In this document: in pieces, positions 8,580 to 17,370 of the stretch
How positions within the stretch are numbered: position 1 is the first letter of the stretch
Layout of the letters: every line of letters starts with the position of its first letter
NCBI GenBank assembly: GCA_023485405.1
Contig: JAMCZU010000006.1
Span: 1 to 54,942 of the forward strand
From: Patescibacteria group bacterium
Lineage (GTDB): Bacteria; Patescibacteriota; UBA1384; UBA12157; JAENIV01
DNA length: 54,942 nt
Reading direction: 5' to 3'
Position numbers and translations under genes: made by a program
The notes under the pieces: model-generated
Databases searched by the model: none
Told to the model about the DNA's origin: nothing
What the model saw: the letters and a program-made list of their open reading frames with translations, nothing else

Positions 8580-10238
8580 ATGGACTCAAAAACACTGCGT
8601 CAAAAATTTATTCAATTTTTTGTCGAACGTGGGCATAAACAAGTGCCCTCGGCGAGTTTGATTCCCGAAGATCAATCAGTTCTTTTTACCACGGCAGGGA
8701 TGCAACAATTTAAGAAATTTTATACTTCGCCAGAGGCTGCACCGGCCAAAAATGTAGTCACTGTCCAGCCATGTTTTCGAACTTCCGATATCGAAGAAGT
8801 GGGCGATAATACTCACTTAACTTTTTTTGAAATGCTAGGAAATTTTAGTTTCGGCGGCTATTTTAAAAAAGAAACAATCGAAATGGGCTATGAATTTTTA
8901 ACCAAAGAACTCGAAATAGATCCAAAAAGAATTTATTGTTCGGTTTTTAAGGGAGATGAGATTAATCCGCGTGATGAAGAATCGGTCGAAATTTTAGAAA
9001 AAATGGGGTTAACTTATAAAGAACACTCACGCGAAGATAATTTTTGGGGACCAACGGGTGAAGAAGGGCCGTGTGGTCCAACGGTGGAATTTTACGTGGA
9101 TAATATTGAAATTTGGAATTTAGTTTTCAATGAATACTACAAAGAAAAAAGTGGAAAATATCGTAATTTAGAAACTAAGGGTGTTGATACGGGGATGGGT
9201 TTAGAGCGGATGCTGGTGGTAGTAAATAAAGCAGAAAATGTTTTTCACACCGATCTTTTTGATTTGCCGCATAAAAAATTACATCAATTTTTAAAAAAAG
9301 AAGATTCATTTGATGAAAGAATAATTTTAGATCATATTAAAGCTGCAGTTTTTGCAATCAATGATGACGTAAGACCTTCTAATAAAGATAGGGGTTATAT
9401 TGTCAGACGTTTAATTCGTCGAGCCATTGTAAAAGGAAATCAAATTGGGATAGTAGAAAATTTTATTAAAAAGATTGCTGAAGAAGTTTTTGAAACTTAT
9501 AAAGGAATATATCAATTTGATCAAAAAATGATTCAAGATGAATTGGAAAAAGAAGAAACGAAATTTCGAAATACTTTGTCGAATGGTCTCAAAGAATTTG
9601 AAAAACAAAAACAGAATTTAACTGGTGAAATTGCTTTCAATCTTTATCAAACTTATGGTTTTCCTTGGGAGATGACAGCTGAGTTAGCTGAGGAAAACAA
9701 AATCAATGTTGATCGGAAAGATTTTGAAAAGGCCTTCGAAAAACATCAAGAACTCTCGCGCACTGCATCTGCTGGGATGTTCAAGGGCGGTCTGGCGGAT
9801 GGGGGAGAGATGGAGACAAAATATCATACGGCCACTCACCTACTACTCGCTTCCCTTCGTCAAGTTTTAGGGCCAGATGTTTATCAAAAAGGCTCTAATA
9901 TTACGGCTGAACGTTTGCGATTTGATTTTAATTGGCCTGAAAAATTGACTGACGAGCAAATTAAAAAAGTTGAAGATTTAGTCAATGTCCAAATTAAAAA
10001 AGATTTACCAGTCCAAATGCAAGAGATGACTTTAGAAGAGGCCAAAGAAAGTGGGGCAATGGGAGTTTTTGAAAATAAATATGGTGATAAAGTAAAAGTT
10101 TATTCTATTGGTGATTTTTCGCAGGAACTTTGTGGTGGTCCACATGTGAAATCAACGGGTGAATTAGGCCATTTTAAAATCACTAAAGAAGAATCGTCCT
10201 CTGCCGGTATTCGTCGGATTAAGGCAATTTTAGAGTAA
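8580..10238 (+). CDS. alaS: Alanine--tRNA ligase, short form (552 aa)
   Basis: N-terminal FTTAGMQQFK class II core, then HTATHLL and CGGPHV editing-domain motifs. No C-Ala domain. Confidence 0.8.
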   Translation: MDSKTLRQKFIQFFVERGHKQVPSASLIPEDQSVLFTTAGMQQFKKFYTSPEAAPAKNVVTVQPCFRTSDIEEVGDNTHLTFFEMLGNFSFGGYFKKETIEMGYEFLTKELEIDPKRIYCSVFKGDEINPRDEESVEILEKMGLTYKEHSREDNFWGPTGEEGPCGPTVEFYVDNIEIWNLVFNEYYKEKSGKYRNLETKGVDTGMGLERMLVVVNKAENVFHTDLFDLPHKKLHQFLKKEDSFDERIILDHIKAAVFAINDDVRPSNKDRGYIVRRLIRRAIVKGNQIGIVENFIKKIAEEVFETYKGIYQFDQKMIQDELEKEETKFRNTLSNGLKEFEKQKQNLTGEIAFNLYQTYGFPWEMTAELAEENKINVDRKDFEKAFEKHQELSRTASAGMFKGGLADGGEMETKYHTATHLLLASLRQVLGPDVYQKGSNITAERLRFDFNWPEKLTDEQIKKVEDLVNVQIKKDLPVQMQEMTLEEAKESGAMGVFENKYGDKVKVYSIGDFSQELCGGPHVKSTGELGHFKITKEESSSAGIRRIKAILE

Positions 10239-10256
10239 TTAAAATAAATCTAAATT

Positions 10257-10823
10257 ATGAACAAGGTAAAATATCTTTTGACCTATCGTTATGCCGAAAT
10301 CATTCATGATTTGACAGTGGAATTTACTCAAACTTATGTTTTAAGTGGCTTAAGTAACTTAAGAAATCTAAGTTTTCAACGAAGGCCAGATTTTAGGACA
10401 GCCGATCAAATGAATCAAGCTGCTCGAAGTGGTAAACAAAACATTGTCGAAGGAGTTGGGCAAAGCCAAACTTCTTCCAAAGGGTTAATTAAACTTTTAG
10501 GGGTTGCCAACGCTTCTTTTGAGGAACTTCTTTCTGATTATGAAGATTTTCTTCGTCAAAATAAATTAACAATTTACCCAAAAACCGATCAAAGAGTAAC
10601 TGATTTTAGGAAACTTGGTTATCGTCTAAGTGACTTAGGCGAGCTTGAGGAAAAGCCAAAACTTTTAGGCAATCCGGAAAAAGACGCTAATTTTCTTTTG
10701 ACACTTTGCCACTTGGAAACTTATCTTTTGGGTAAACAAGTTAAAGCAGCTGAAGATAAGTTTGTTGAAGAAGGCGGTTATTCGGAAAATCTCTTTAAAA
10801 GAAGACTCCAAAACCGCGAATAA
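10257..10823 (+). CDS. Four-helix-bundle protein (23S rRNA IVS / Avd-like family with C-terminal suffix domain)
   Basis: NIVEG...ASFEEL pattern and overall length resemble four-helix-bundle plus suffix-domain proteins. Not adjacent to an RT. Confidence 0.5.
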   Translation: MNKVKYLLTYRYAEIIHDLTVEFTQTYVLSGLSNLRNLSFQRRPDFRTADQMNQAARSGKQNIVEGVGQSQTSSKGLIKLLGVANASFEELLSDYEDFLRQNKLTIYPKTDQRVTDFRKLGYRLSDLGELEEKPKLLGNPEKDANFLLTLCHLETYLLGKQVKAAEDKFVEEGGYSENLFKRRLQNRE

Positions 10824-10878
10824 TCTAAAATAGTGTAAGAATTCTACGGTCGTAGAAAAATCGCACTTTTTAAAACTC

Positions 10879-10909
10879 TTGACAAATGCAGAGAGAGAGA
10901 GAGTTAAAT
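10879..10909 (+). promoter_or_regulatory. Sigma70-type promoter with (AG)7 tract in a 19-nt spacer
   Basis: TTGACA 10879-10884, spacer aatgc(ag)7 of 19 nt, TTAAAT 10904-10909. Confidence 0.45.
10890..10903. repeat. (AG)7 dinucleotide tract
   Basis: Direct reading. Confidence 0.95.
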
Positions 10910-10964
10910 GAAAATTAGGAAGGCAAAAGCTTTCTAAGATTTAATAAGTTTTGAGGAGGAAAAA

Positions 10965-11378
10965 ATGGGACCAGAGCAAATATCGCAAGAAGAAGTCCAA
11001 GTGGCCGAGAAGATTGACAAGCAAGAGGAACTTAATCAAGTAGGTTATCGATTTGGCTCCGAGTATTTTCAAGAAATTGTAGACGATGGTCAAACGCCAT
11101 CATCATATCTGTGGAATGGTCGAAGAATATTAAGATCAACTTTGCAGTGTATGGCATCAAAGTTGGTTGAGTCTAATCATGCTAGTACAGTCTATGATCG
11201 TGAGAATACTAAAGATGTTAAATTGTCGCATAACGCGCCTGGTCTGTATGAACTTCAAACGAATGATCCGAATTACCAAGATTTTGTTGAGTCTCTTAAT
11301 GAAATAATGAAGCAATATGATAACTTATTTACGGGTTCAGAAAAAATCCGAGAAGCGGCAAACGAAGAGACTGCTTAA
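10965..11378 (+). CDS. Hypothetical protein, GC-richer orphan (137 aa)
   Basis: GAGGAGG lies 6 nt before the ATG. Terminator acctca/tgaggt plus T-run at about 11408-11436. Confidence 0.5.
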   Translation: MGPEQISQEEVQVAEKIDKQEELNQVGYRFGSEYFQEIVDDGQTPSSYLWNGRRILRSTLQCMASKLVESNHASTVYDRENTKDVKLSHNAPGLYELQTNDPNYQDFVESLNEIMKQYDNLFTGSEKIREAANEETA

Positions 11379-11522
11379 AAGATCTATAGATGGTATGATT
11401 ATATTCTGACCTCATCTTTATGGTGAGGTTTTTGGTATCCAATCAAAATTGCGGTATACTATTTATATACATGGATTTAAGAATCCAGTTTTTGCTGTAT
11501 TAAAGTTGAGATATCCCACAGA

Positions 11523-11630
11523 ATTGCTTTCTTTGCAACGGACTACGTCCTGTACGCAAAGAAGCGCAATCAGCGGGACTTCCTGAACTCCGCTTCCGCT
11601 TTCGCGGAGCGCGTCTTCAGGAGCGAAGGT
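11523..11630. repeat. Dispersed repeat family B, diverged copy 2, plus second nested palindrome (cctgaa-ctccgc...gcggag-...ttcagg)
   Basis: ctttctttgcaacggactacgtcctgtacgcaaagaagcg is related to copies at 1507 and 23925. Confidence 0.6.
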
Positions 11631-11638
11631 AGGGAAAA

Positions 11639-12895
11639 TTGGGTCTATTTGATTTTCTAGGCACTAAAAGAATCGAAAATCGTTTTGCTGTCGCCTTAGA
11701 TATTGGGACGGAATTTGCGAAATGTCTAATTTTTAAGGTTGAAGATGATAAAGGTTTGGTGGTTGGTAGCGGCCGTCAACGTCAACGACTTTCGGATATG
11801 CAAGGTGGCGCCGTCACCGACATTGGCGGGGTGGTTAAAAATTGCAAGAAAGCATTAGAACGTGCGGCCGAAATGGCTAAAATTATGCCAACCCAAGTGA
11901 TTATGGGTATTGCCGGTGAATTAGTTAAAGGTAATACCACGACAATAAAATATACTCGACCTAACCCAAAACAAGGGATTACTTTAGAAGAATTAAAAGA
12001 TATAATTTCGCGGATTCAGCGTCGTTCTTTTGACCGTGCTCGCCAAATTTTAGCTTGGGAAACAGGCCATGCCGAAATTGATGTGAAATTAGTTAACGCC
12101 GCGGTAGTGGACGTCAAAATTGATGGTTATAAAGTCACCAATCCTTTAGGCTTTCAAGGACGGGAATTGCAAGTCGGAGTTTTTAACGCTTTTGCGCCAA
12201 TTGTCCACTTAGGCGCTTTGCAGACGATTGCCGCTGAATTAGGCCTAGATCTTCTTTCAATTGTGGCCGATCCTTATGCGCTAGCTAGATCCGTTGGTCC
12301 TAAAGAATCAGCAGAATTTAGCGCGATTTTTATTGATATTGGTGGCGGCACCACCGATATTGCCATTGTCAGTTCCGGTGGCGTTGAAGGCACCAAAATG
12401 TTTGCCCTTGGAGGACGCTCTTTTACCAAAAGAATTGCGCAAGTTTTTGGTTGCACTTTTGAAGAAGCAGAAGAGATGAAAATAAAATATTCTAAAAAAG
12501 AACTGCCAGAAGAAGATGCTCAATTTATTAAAAATGCTTTAAAGACAGATTGTCAGGTCTGGCTTTCGGGCGTAGAATTAACTTTAGAGGAGTTTTCTTC
12601 ACTTGATTTGTTGCCGTCAAGAATTCTTCTTTGTGGCGGTGGGACAATGTTGCCAGATATCGAAGAGGTTTTAAGTAAAGCGGAGTGGAACAAAAATTTG
12701 CCTTTTTCGCGCCGTCCTTCGGTACATTTTATTAAACCAACGGATGTGGAAAATATTGCCGATCAAACTGGGGAATTAAAAAATCCTTGGGACATTACGC
12801 CAATGAGTTTGGCTAATTTAGCGATTGATCTTGTGGGTGAAGAAGCGGTGATGGATAACGTCTTAAATAGAATTGTCTCGAGTTTACGAGAATAA
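11639..12895 (+). CDS. ftsA: Cell-division protein FtsA-like (actin-fold ATPase)
   Basis: DIGTEFAK, IDIGGGTTDIAIV and LCGGGTMLP phosphate/adenosine motifs. TTG start. Confidence 0.7.
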   Translation: MGLFDFLGTKRIENRFAVALDIGTEFAKCLIFKVEDDKGLVVGSGRQRQRLSDMQGGAVTDIGGVVKNCKKALERAAEMAKIMPTQVIMGIAGELVKGNTTTIKYTRPNPKQGITLEELKDIISRIQRRSFDRARQILAWETGHAEIDVKLVNAAVVDVKIDGYKVTNPLGFQGRELQVGVFNAFAPIVHLGALQTIAAELGLDLLSIVADPYALARSVGPKESAEFSAIFIDIGGGTTDIAIVSSGGVEGTKMFALGGRSFTKRIAQVFGCTFEEAEEMKIKYSKKELPEEDAQFIKNALKTDCQVWLSGVELTLEEFSSLDLLPSRILLCGGGTMLPDIEEVLSKAEWNKNLPFSRRPSVHFIKPTDVENIADQTGELKNPWDITPMSLANLAIDLVGEEAVMDNVLNRIVSSLRE

Positions 12896-12937
12896 ACCAT
12901 TTTGATACACCGCGTAGGTGTATCAAAGGTTGTAAGG
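12893..12937. repeat. Hairpin family A, variant stem (tgatacacc-gcgta-ggtgtatca) with family flanks TAAACC... and ...AAGGTTGTAAGG
   Basis: Same flank architecture as 15921-15960 but a different, fully paired stem. Confidence 0.55.
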
Positions 12938-12945
12938 TGAAAAAT

Positions 12946-14589
12946 ATGGACGAAATACTTTATTTAGAACCAGACGAAGAAATTACTTCGGTCATTGATA
13001 AAATTAAGCAATCGAAAGCCGCTCGATTAGGTTTAGTGGTGCCCAGAGAAGCGACTTTACTTCAAAGTGTGGTCAATTTACGATTACTAGTTAAAGAAGC
13101 CGCTAATTTAGGTAAAGAAATTGCGCTCATTACTTCTGATAAAATTGGTCGAAATCTGGCTTCAAAAGTAGGATTACCAGTTTTTGAATCGGTTAAAAAT
13201 CAACAACCCATCTATCAGCCACCACCACCAGCTATCAATCAAGAAGAAATAATTGAAATTGACGACACACCTAGCATTCCAAAAGAAGAAACAAAACCGC
13301 AAGGTGTTCATGTTCACCACTTTCAGGAAAGAGAAAAAGAACATCGTTTAAAAACAAAAACGCCGGTCAAAACTGAAATAGCAGTGCCTTGGCATCCCGA
13401 AAAAACGCCTAAAGAAGTTGATTTAAAAAATTTGAAAAAAATTATTTGGCCAATGGTGGCACTTGTTATTCTATTAATTTTGATTGGGGCGTTTCTTATT
13501 TTACCAAAAGTTAATGTCAGGCTTAGAGTTCAAGCAGAAAGTTTCCAAAAATCGGTTGATGCTCAGGTCTCCGGAAAAGATGTGACTAATCTTGAAAACA
13601 AAACTTTTTCCGGAACACTGATTGATTTAAGTCAAGAAAAAGAAGAAAAATTTTCTACTACCGGTAAAAAGAATTTGGGTGGCAAAGCCTCAGGAACAAT
13701 TACGATTTATAATAATTTAGATAATAGTAATCATAACTTTTCGGCTGGATCAAAACTTTCTTCTTCATCAAAAACTTTTGTTTTGAAAAACAATGTGACT
13801 ATTCCAGGTGCTGGTGTTCAAAGTGGTAAGGCGGTACCTGGGACAGCGAGCGCCGAAATTGAAGCTGAGGATGCGGGTGAGCAGTACAATGTTTCGGCCG
13901 GCCGCTTTACTATTGTGGGACTGGCGGCGGGAAATCAAGAATTTATTTATGGTCAATCCAGCAAAGATTTAACGGGTGGTTTTTCGAAAGTGGCGCAAGT
14001 GGTTTCTCAAGATGATTACGACAAAGCAAAAAATAAATTAACAACTGAACTGACAGATGACTTAAAAAGCCAATTGCAAGTTAAAGCGACGGGCCAAGAA
14101 ATTTTAGATAATGCCATTCAAATAGATTTGGCAGAGGAATCAACTTCCGCTAAAGTTGATAGTGAAGCCCAAGATTTCACTTTGAAAATAAAAATGAGAC
14201 TTCAAGAAATGGTTTTTCAAAGAAATGATTTTGACCAGTTTATTATTAGTATTTTGGAAAAACAAATTCCTAGCACTCAAATGATAACACTTGGTGCCAA
14301 TGATACTATCTCGCCTCAAATTAAAGAAAAGAAATATGACCAGAGTCTTTTAGTTTTTGATGTTAAAGTTTCAGCCAAAATTTCGGCTAAAATTGATACT
14401 GAGCAAGTTAAAAGTAATTTACAAGGTAAAAATCGTCAAGATGCCACCAATTATTTAAGTGGATTAAATGGTTTGTCTGGTTCAGATTTTATATATTCTC
14501 CTTCTTGGTGGCCAATTAAAAGAATTCCCAATTTTGCTCGTAATTTAACGGTTACCCTTGAATATTTAGAACCGGAGGCAACTCAATGA
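12946..14589 (+). CDS. Hypothetical single-pass membrane protein (large extracytoplasmic domain)
   Basis: ATG at 12946 lies 7 nt after AAGGTG. One TM (IIWPMVALVILLILIGAFLIL). Follows ftsA. Confidence 0.5.
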   Translation: MDEILYLEPDEEITSVIDKIKQSKAARLGLVVPREATLLQSVVNLRLLVKEAANLGKEIALITSDKIGRNLASKVGLPVFESVKNQQPIYQPPPPAINQEEIIEIDDTPSIPKEETKPQGVHVHHFQEREKEHRLKTKTPVKTEIAVPWHPEKTPKEVDLKNLKKIIWPMVALVILLILIGAFLILPKVNVRLRVQAESFQKSVDAQVSGKDVTNLENKTFSGTLIDLSQEKEEKFSTTGKKNLGGKASGTITIYNNLDNSNHNFSAGSKLSSSSKTFVLKNNVTIPGAGVQSGKAVPGTASAEIEAEDAGEQYNVSAGRFTIVGLAAGNQEFIYGQSSKDLTGGFSKVAQVVSQDDYDKAKNKLTTELTDDLKSQLQVKATGQEILDNAIQIDLAEESTSAKVDSEAQDFTLKIKMRLQEMVFQRNDFDQFIISILEKQIPSTQMITLGANDTISPQIKEKKYDQSLLVFDVKVSAKISAKIDTEQVKSNLQGKNRQDATNYLSGLNGLSGSDFIYSPSWWPIKRIPNFARNLTVTLEYLEPEATQ

Positions 14590-15017
14590 CCAAACTTTTA
14601 GGTTTAGACATTGGTGAAAAAAGAATCGGGGTAGCTATAGCCGAAGAAAAAATGGTGGTCCCCTTTGGCATTATTAATAATACCAATCTAGATGAAGCCA
14701 TATCGGAAATCGGTAAAATTTGTCGAAATGAAAATATTTTAAAAATTATTATTGGTATTCCTAAATCGGAAGATTCTGTCCAAGCGGATAAAATCTATAA
14801 ATTCGCGTTGACGCTAGCGCAAAACTTAAATTTAGAAGTTGATTTTGTTGATGAATCTTTAACCTCAAAGGAGGCCGAGAGAGAGCTTAAAAATAGTAAT
14901 TTAGATCCTAAAAGTCACGAATTTAAAGAAGAAGTAGACAAACTTTCAGCTAAATATATTCTAGAACAATACATAAACCAAATCCGAAATCCGAAATCCG
15001 AAATCCGAAAAAAATGA
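14586..15017 (+). CDS. ruvX: Holliday-junction resolvase-like YqgF/RuvX
   Basis: LLGLDIGEKRIGVAIAE N-terminus. ATGA overlaps on both sides. Confidence 0.75.
   Translation: MTKLLGLDIGEKRIGVAIAEEKMVVPFGIINNTNLDEAISEIGKICRNENILKIIIGIPKSEDSVQADKIYKFALTLAQNLNLEVDFVDESLTSKEAERELKNSNLDPKSHEFKEEVDKLSAKYILEQYINQIRNPKSEIRKK
14981..15008. repeat. Tandem heptanucleotide repeat (AATCCGA)x4
   Basis: Direct reading. Encodes the last residues of ruvX and ends 5 nt before the mltG ATG. Confidence 0.95.
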
Positions 15018-15922
15018 AAAAGATTTTATTTATTATTTTTATTATTATTTTTACAGCGATTGCGGGGTTTGCGATTTATTTTTATATTAATCTAAGTAAA
15101 AAAGGCAGTGGCCAGGTAAAAGACTTTATTGTCCGTTCTGGTCAAAGCACGCGTGAAATTGGCGATAATCTTCAAAAAGAAGGACTGATTTCTTCTGCTA
15201 CTGTTTTTACTTATTATGCTAAAATGCGGGCTGATTTGATCCAAGTTGGGGTTTATAAAATAGCGCCGACCCAATCAATCAAAGAAATATTAGCGGTTTT
15301 AACTTCTGGCAAAACCTCTGAAGATATTATTACTATTCCGGAAGGTTGGCGGGTAACCCAAATTGACGACTTTCTTACACAAAAGAAAATTATCCAAAAA
15401 GGAACATTGCTTCAAATTGCCTCGGCTAATGAAGGTTTTTTATTCCCCGACACTTATCGTTTTATGCCTAACACTAAACCTGAAGAGATTCGTCAAGAAA
15501 TGCTTGATAATTTTAATCAAAAAACCACTGATCTTAAAGTCACGCGGGAAAATATTATTTTGGCTTCTATTGTGGAAAGGGAAGCTAAATTTGATGAAGA
15601 TCGAGCGAAAATTGCGGGGGTTTACCTAAATCGTCTGGCACAAAATATGAAATTACAAGCTGACCCAACGGTTCAGTATGCTAAGGGGAGTTGGGACCCA
15701 ATTACAGTTTCTGATTATAAAAATGTCAACTCACCTTACAATACTTATCAAAATTTAGGCTTACCGCCTGGACCAATTTGTAACCCAGGAATTAAATCAA
15801 TTGAGGCTGCTTTACATCCGGAAAAAAGTGACTATCTTTATTTTTTTCATAAAAGTGATGGTCATGCGGTTTTTTCAACCACCCTCCAAGAACACGAAGC
15901 AAAGTTAAAACAGTCTAATTAA
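15014..15922 (+). CDS. mltG: Endolytic murein transglycosylase MltG (YceG family)
   Basis: PEGWRV, EGFLFPDTY, ASIVEREA and LPPGPICNPG motifs. Confidence 0.85.
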   Translation: MKKILFIIFIIIFTAIAGFAIYFYINLSKKGSGQVKDFIVRSGQSTREIGDNLQKEGLISSATVFTYYAKMRADLIQVGVYKIAPTQSIKEILAVLTSGKTSEDIITIPEGWRVTQIDDFLTQKKIIQKGTLLQIASANEGFLFPDTYRFMPNTKPEEIRQEMLDNFNQKTTDLKVTRENIILASIVEREAKFDEDRAKIAGVYLNRLAQNMKLQADPTVQYAKGSWDPITVSDYKNVNSPYNTYQNLGLPPGPICNPGIKSIEAALHPEKSDYLYFFHKSDGHAVFSTTLQEHEAKLKQSN

Positions 15923-16098
15923 CCAAAATGTCCACCTCGTAGGTGGACAACAGGTTTAGGAATGTAAAGAACTATTGACAAAAAGGCTATTTTAAGGTAT
16001 AATAATATTTAATATTGAGTAGTTTAACAATTTTTCCTTGGAGCTTATTTGGTCGGGAAAATGGTCAGTTTATCCTGATTAGGTAAGCTCTAAGGAGC
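15919..16098 (+). repeat. 180-bp cassette 5' module, copy 1 (family A hairpin, promoter and structured leader)
   Basis: Near-identical (a handful of substitutions) to 50746-50925. Confidence 0.9.
15975..16003 (+). promoter_or_regulatory. Consensus sigma70 promoter of the DGR target gene
   Basis: TTGACA, 17 nt, TATAAT. Confidence 0.7.
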
Positions 16099-16147
16099 AA
16101 ATAGAGGAAGGTATACCTCGTTAAAAAACCAGAAGGAGAAGTAACCG

Positions 16148-16816
16148 ATGGAAAAAGATCGAGTTACCCTCGAACCGGCAGCAGAGGACTACGGTAGAAG
16201 ATGTAAGAGCATTGGCTTGGAGCGGAAGACTGTAGCTGATTTGCAAGATGCGATGAGTCATCCGGAATTCAAGACCAGCCATCACACTCTTCTCGACAGA
16301 TTGGCTGTTGAGTATCGCTTGAGCAAACCGCTCATAGAGCGGCCGCCCTTCGCAACGATCCAGATCGGAACCTTCAAGAATCTGAACAATCTTCGGAGTG
16401 CGTTGAAGAATGCCAAGTGCAACATCTCAAGCTACGCTGACGATCTCTTTGGTCGAGTTACCTTGGCTACGGAGCCGATGATCCTCGACCTCTGCCGAGC
16501 TTCCAATGCCGAACTTGGTTTGACCCAGGGTGGCACGGTTGCTCAGACGTTCGAGGCGATCGCCAAGATTGGTGGCGAGAAGCTTCCGGCGGAAGCTGGA
16601 CCGCAGTATCGTCTGCAGAATCTCGACCAGAAATTGGGTGAATGGGAACTGATTTATATGGATCCCATCATCGACCGCGTTGGTTGCCCGGACGTGTTCA
16701 GCGTCGAGCACGGCAAGGGCGGTCTCTGGCTCTACGGCTACAATGCCAGTCCTGACTACTTCTACCACGCCGAGTTCGTCTGGGTGTTCAGTCGCAAGCG
16801 ATCTGTTGGTTCTTGA
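16148..16816 (+). CDS. DGR target (variable) protein, 222 aa, GC-rich, no signal peptide or TM visible
   Basis: AAGGAG lies 9 nt before the ATG. The last 44 codons are the VR matching the downstream TR. Confidence 0.85.
   Translation: MEKDRVTLEPAAEDYGRRCKSIGLERKTVADLQDAMSHPEFKTSHHTLLDRLAVEYRLSKPLIERPPFATIQIGTFKNLNNLRSALKNAKCNISSYADDLFGRVTLATEPMILDLCRASNAELGLTQGGTVAQTFEAIAKIGGEKLPAEAGPQYRLQNLDQKLGEWELIYMDPIIDRVGCPDVFSVEHGKGGLWLYGYNASPDYFYHAEFVWVFSRKRSVGS
16665..16797 (+). repeat. DGR variable repeat (VR)
   Basis: Gapless 133-bp alignment with TR at a 531-bp offset. 16 mismatches, all opposite TR adenines. Confidence 0.9.
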
Positions 16817-16857
16817 GTTTTGGATTCTTGTTCCTTTTGTTTTTTTGGGTTTTGTCT

Positions 16858-16879
16858 GGGCCCCGCGTGAGCGGGGCCC
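16858..16879 (+). terminator. GC-rich hairpin about 60 nt downstream of VR (terminator and/or DGR homing-associated hairpin)
   Basis: gggccccgc-gtga-gcggggccc. The same hairpin recurs at 51705-51726. Confidence 0.55.
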
Positions 16880-16976
16880 AATTTGTATCAACAAATTGGG
16901 TTTTCCGAAAAAAATTTTCGTATTTAATCTTCCATCAAACTTGACAGATGAGTACTCTTTAAGGAAAAATGAATAT

Positions 16977-17370
16977 GGTATTAGGTGAATATGCGGGTGG
17001 TTATGGCTTCCCGCTACCGAGCCTAAGTATCGCTTTTTATCCAGAGTGTTCCCAGCTACGGCTTGGGGCAGAGCGATAAGCGAATGCTTAAAAAAATGAA
17101 GATGCTTGGTGCAAGGCGCTAGTGGGTTAAATGGCCCAGAATAAAATACAGTCCTGAGAGCAATCGAAGGACAGTGACTATAGAGAGCGTCTGGTACAAA
17201 ATCGACCGCGATGGTTACCCGAACGTGTTCAACGTCGAACACGACAAGGACGGTCTCTGGCTCAACGGCAACAATGCCAATCCTGACAACTTCTACCACG
17301 CCGAGAACGTCTGGGTGTTCAGTCGCAACTTTCTTCATTTCTCCCGTAGTAAACGGGAGTTTTGCTTTTT
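16977..17370 (+). ncRNA. Putative DGR template RNA (structured 5' region, TR and 3' hairpin); ends approximate
   Basis: Possible promoter TTGACA (16941-16946), 18 nt, AAAAAT. Several GC stems upstream of TR. Hairpin ctcccg-tagtaaa-cgggag plus ttttgcttttt at 17341-17370. Confidence 0.4.
17196..17328 (+). repeat. DGR template repeat (TR)
   Basis: See VR. About 38 adenines, many in AAC codons. The 5' boundary is uncertain by a few nt. Confidence 0.9.

Noticed and set aside
16427-17338. 303-aa minus-strand ORF spanning the VR, the intergenic hairpin and the TR
   Set aside because: It is antisense to a well-supported gene and crosses non-coding elements (terminator hairpin, TR). Long stop-free antisense frames are expected in GC-rich stretches. 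It has no RBS and no recognisable domain.
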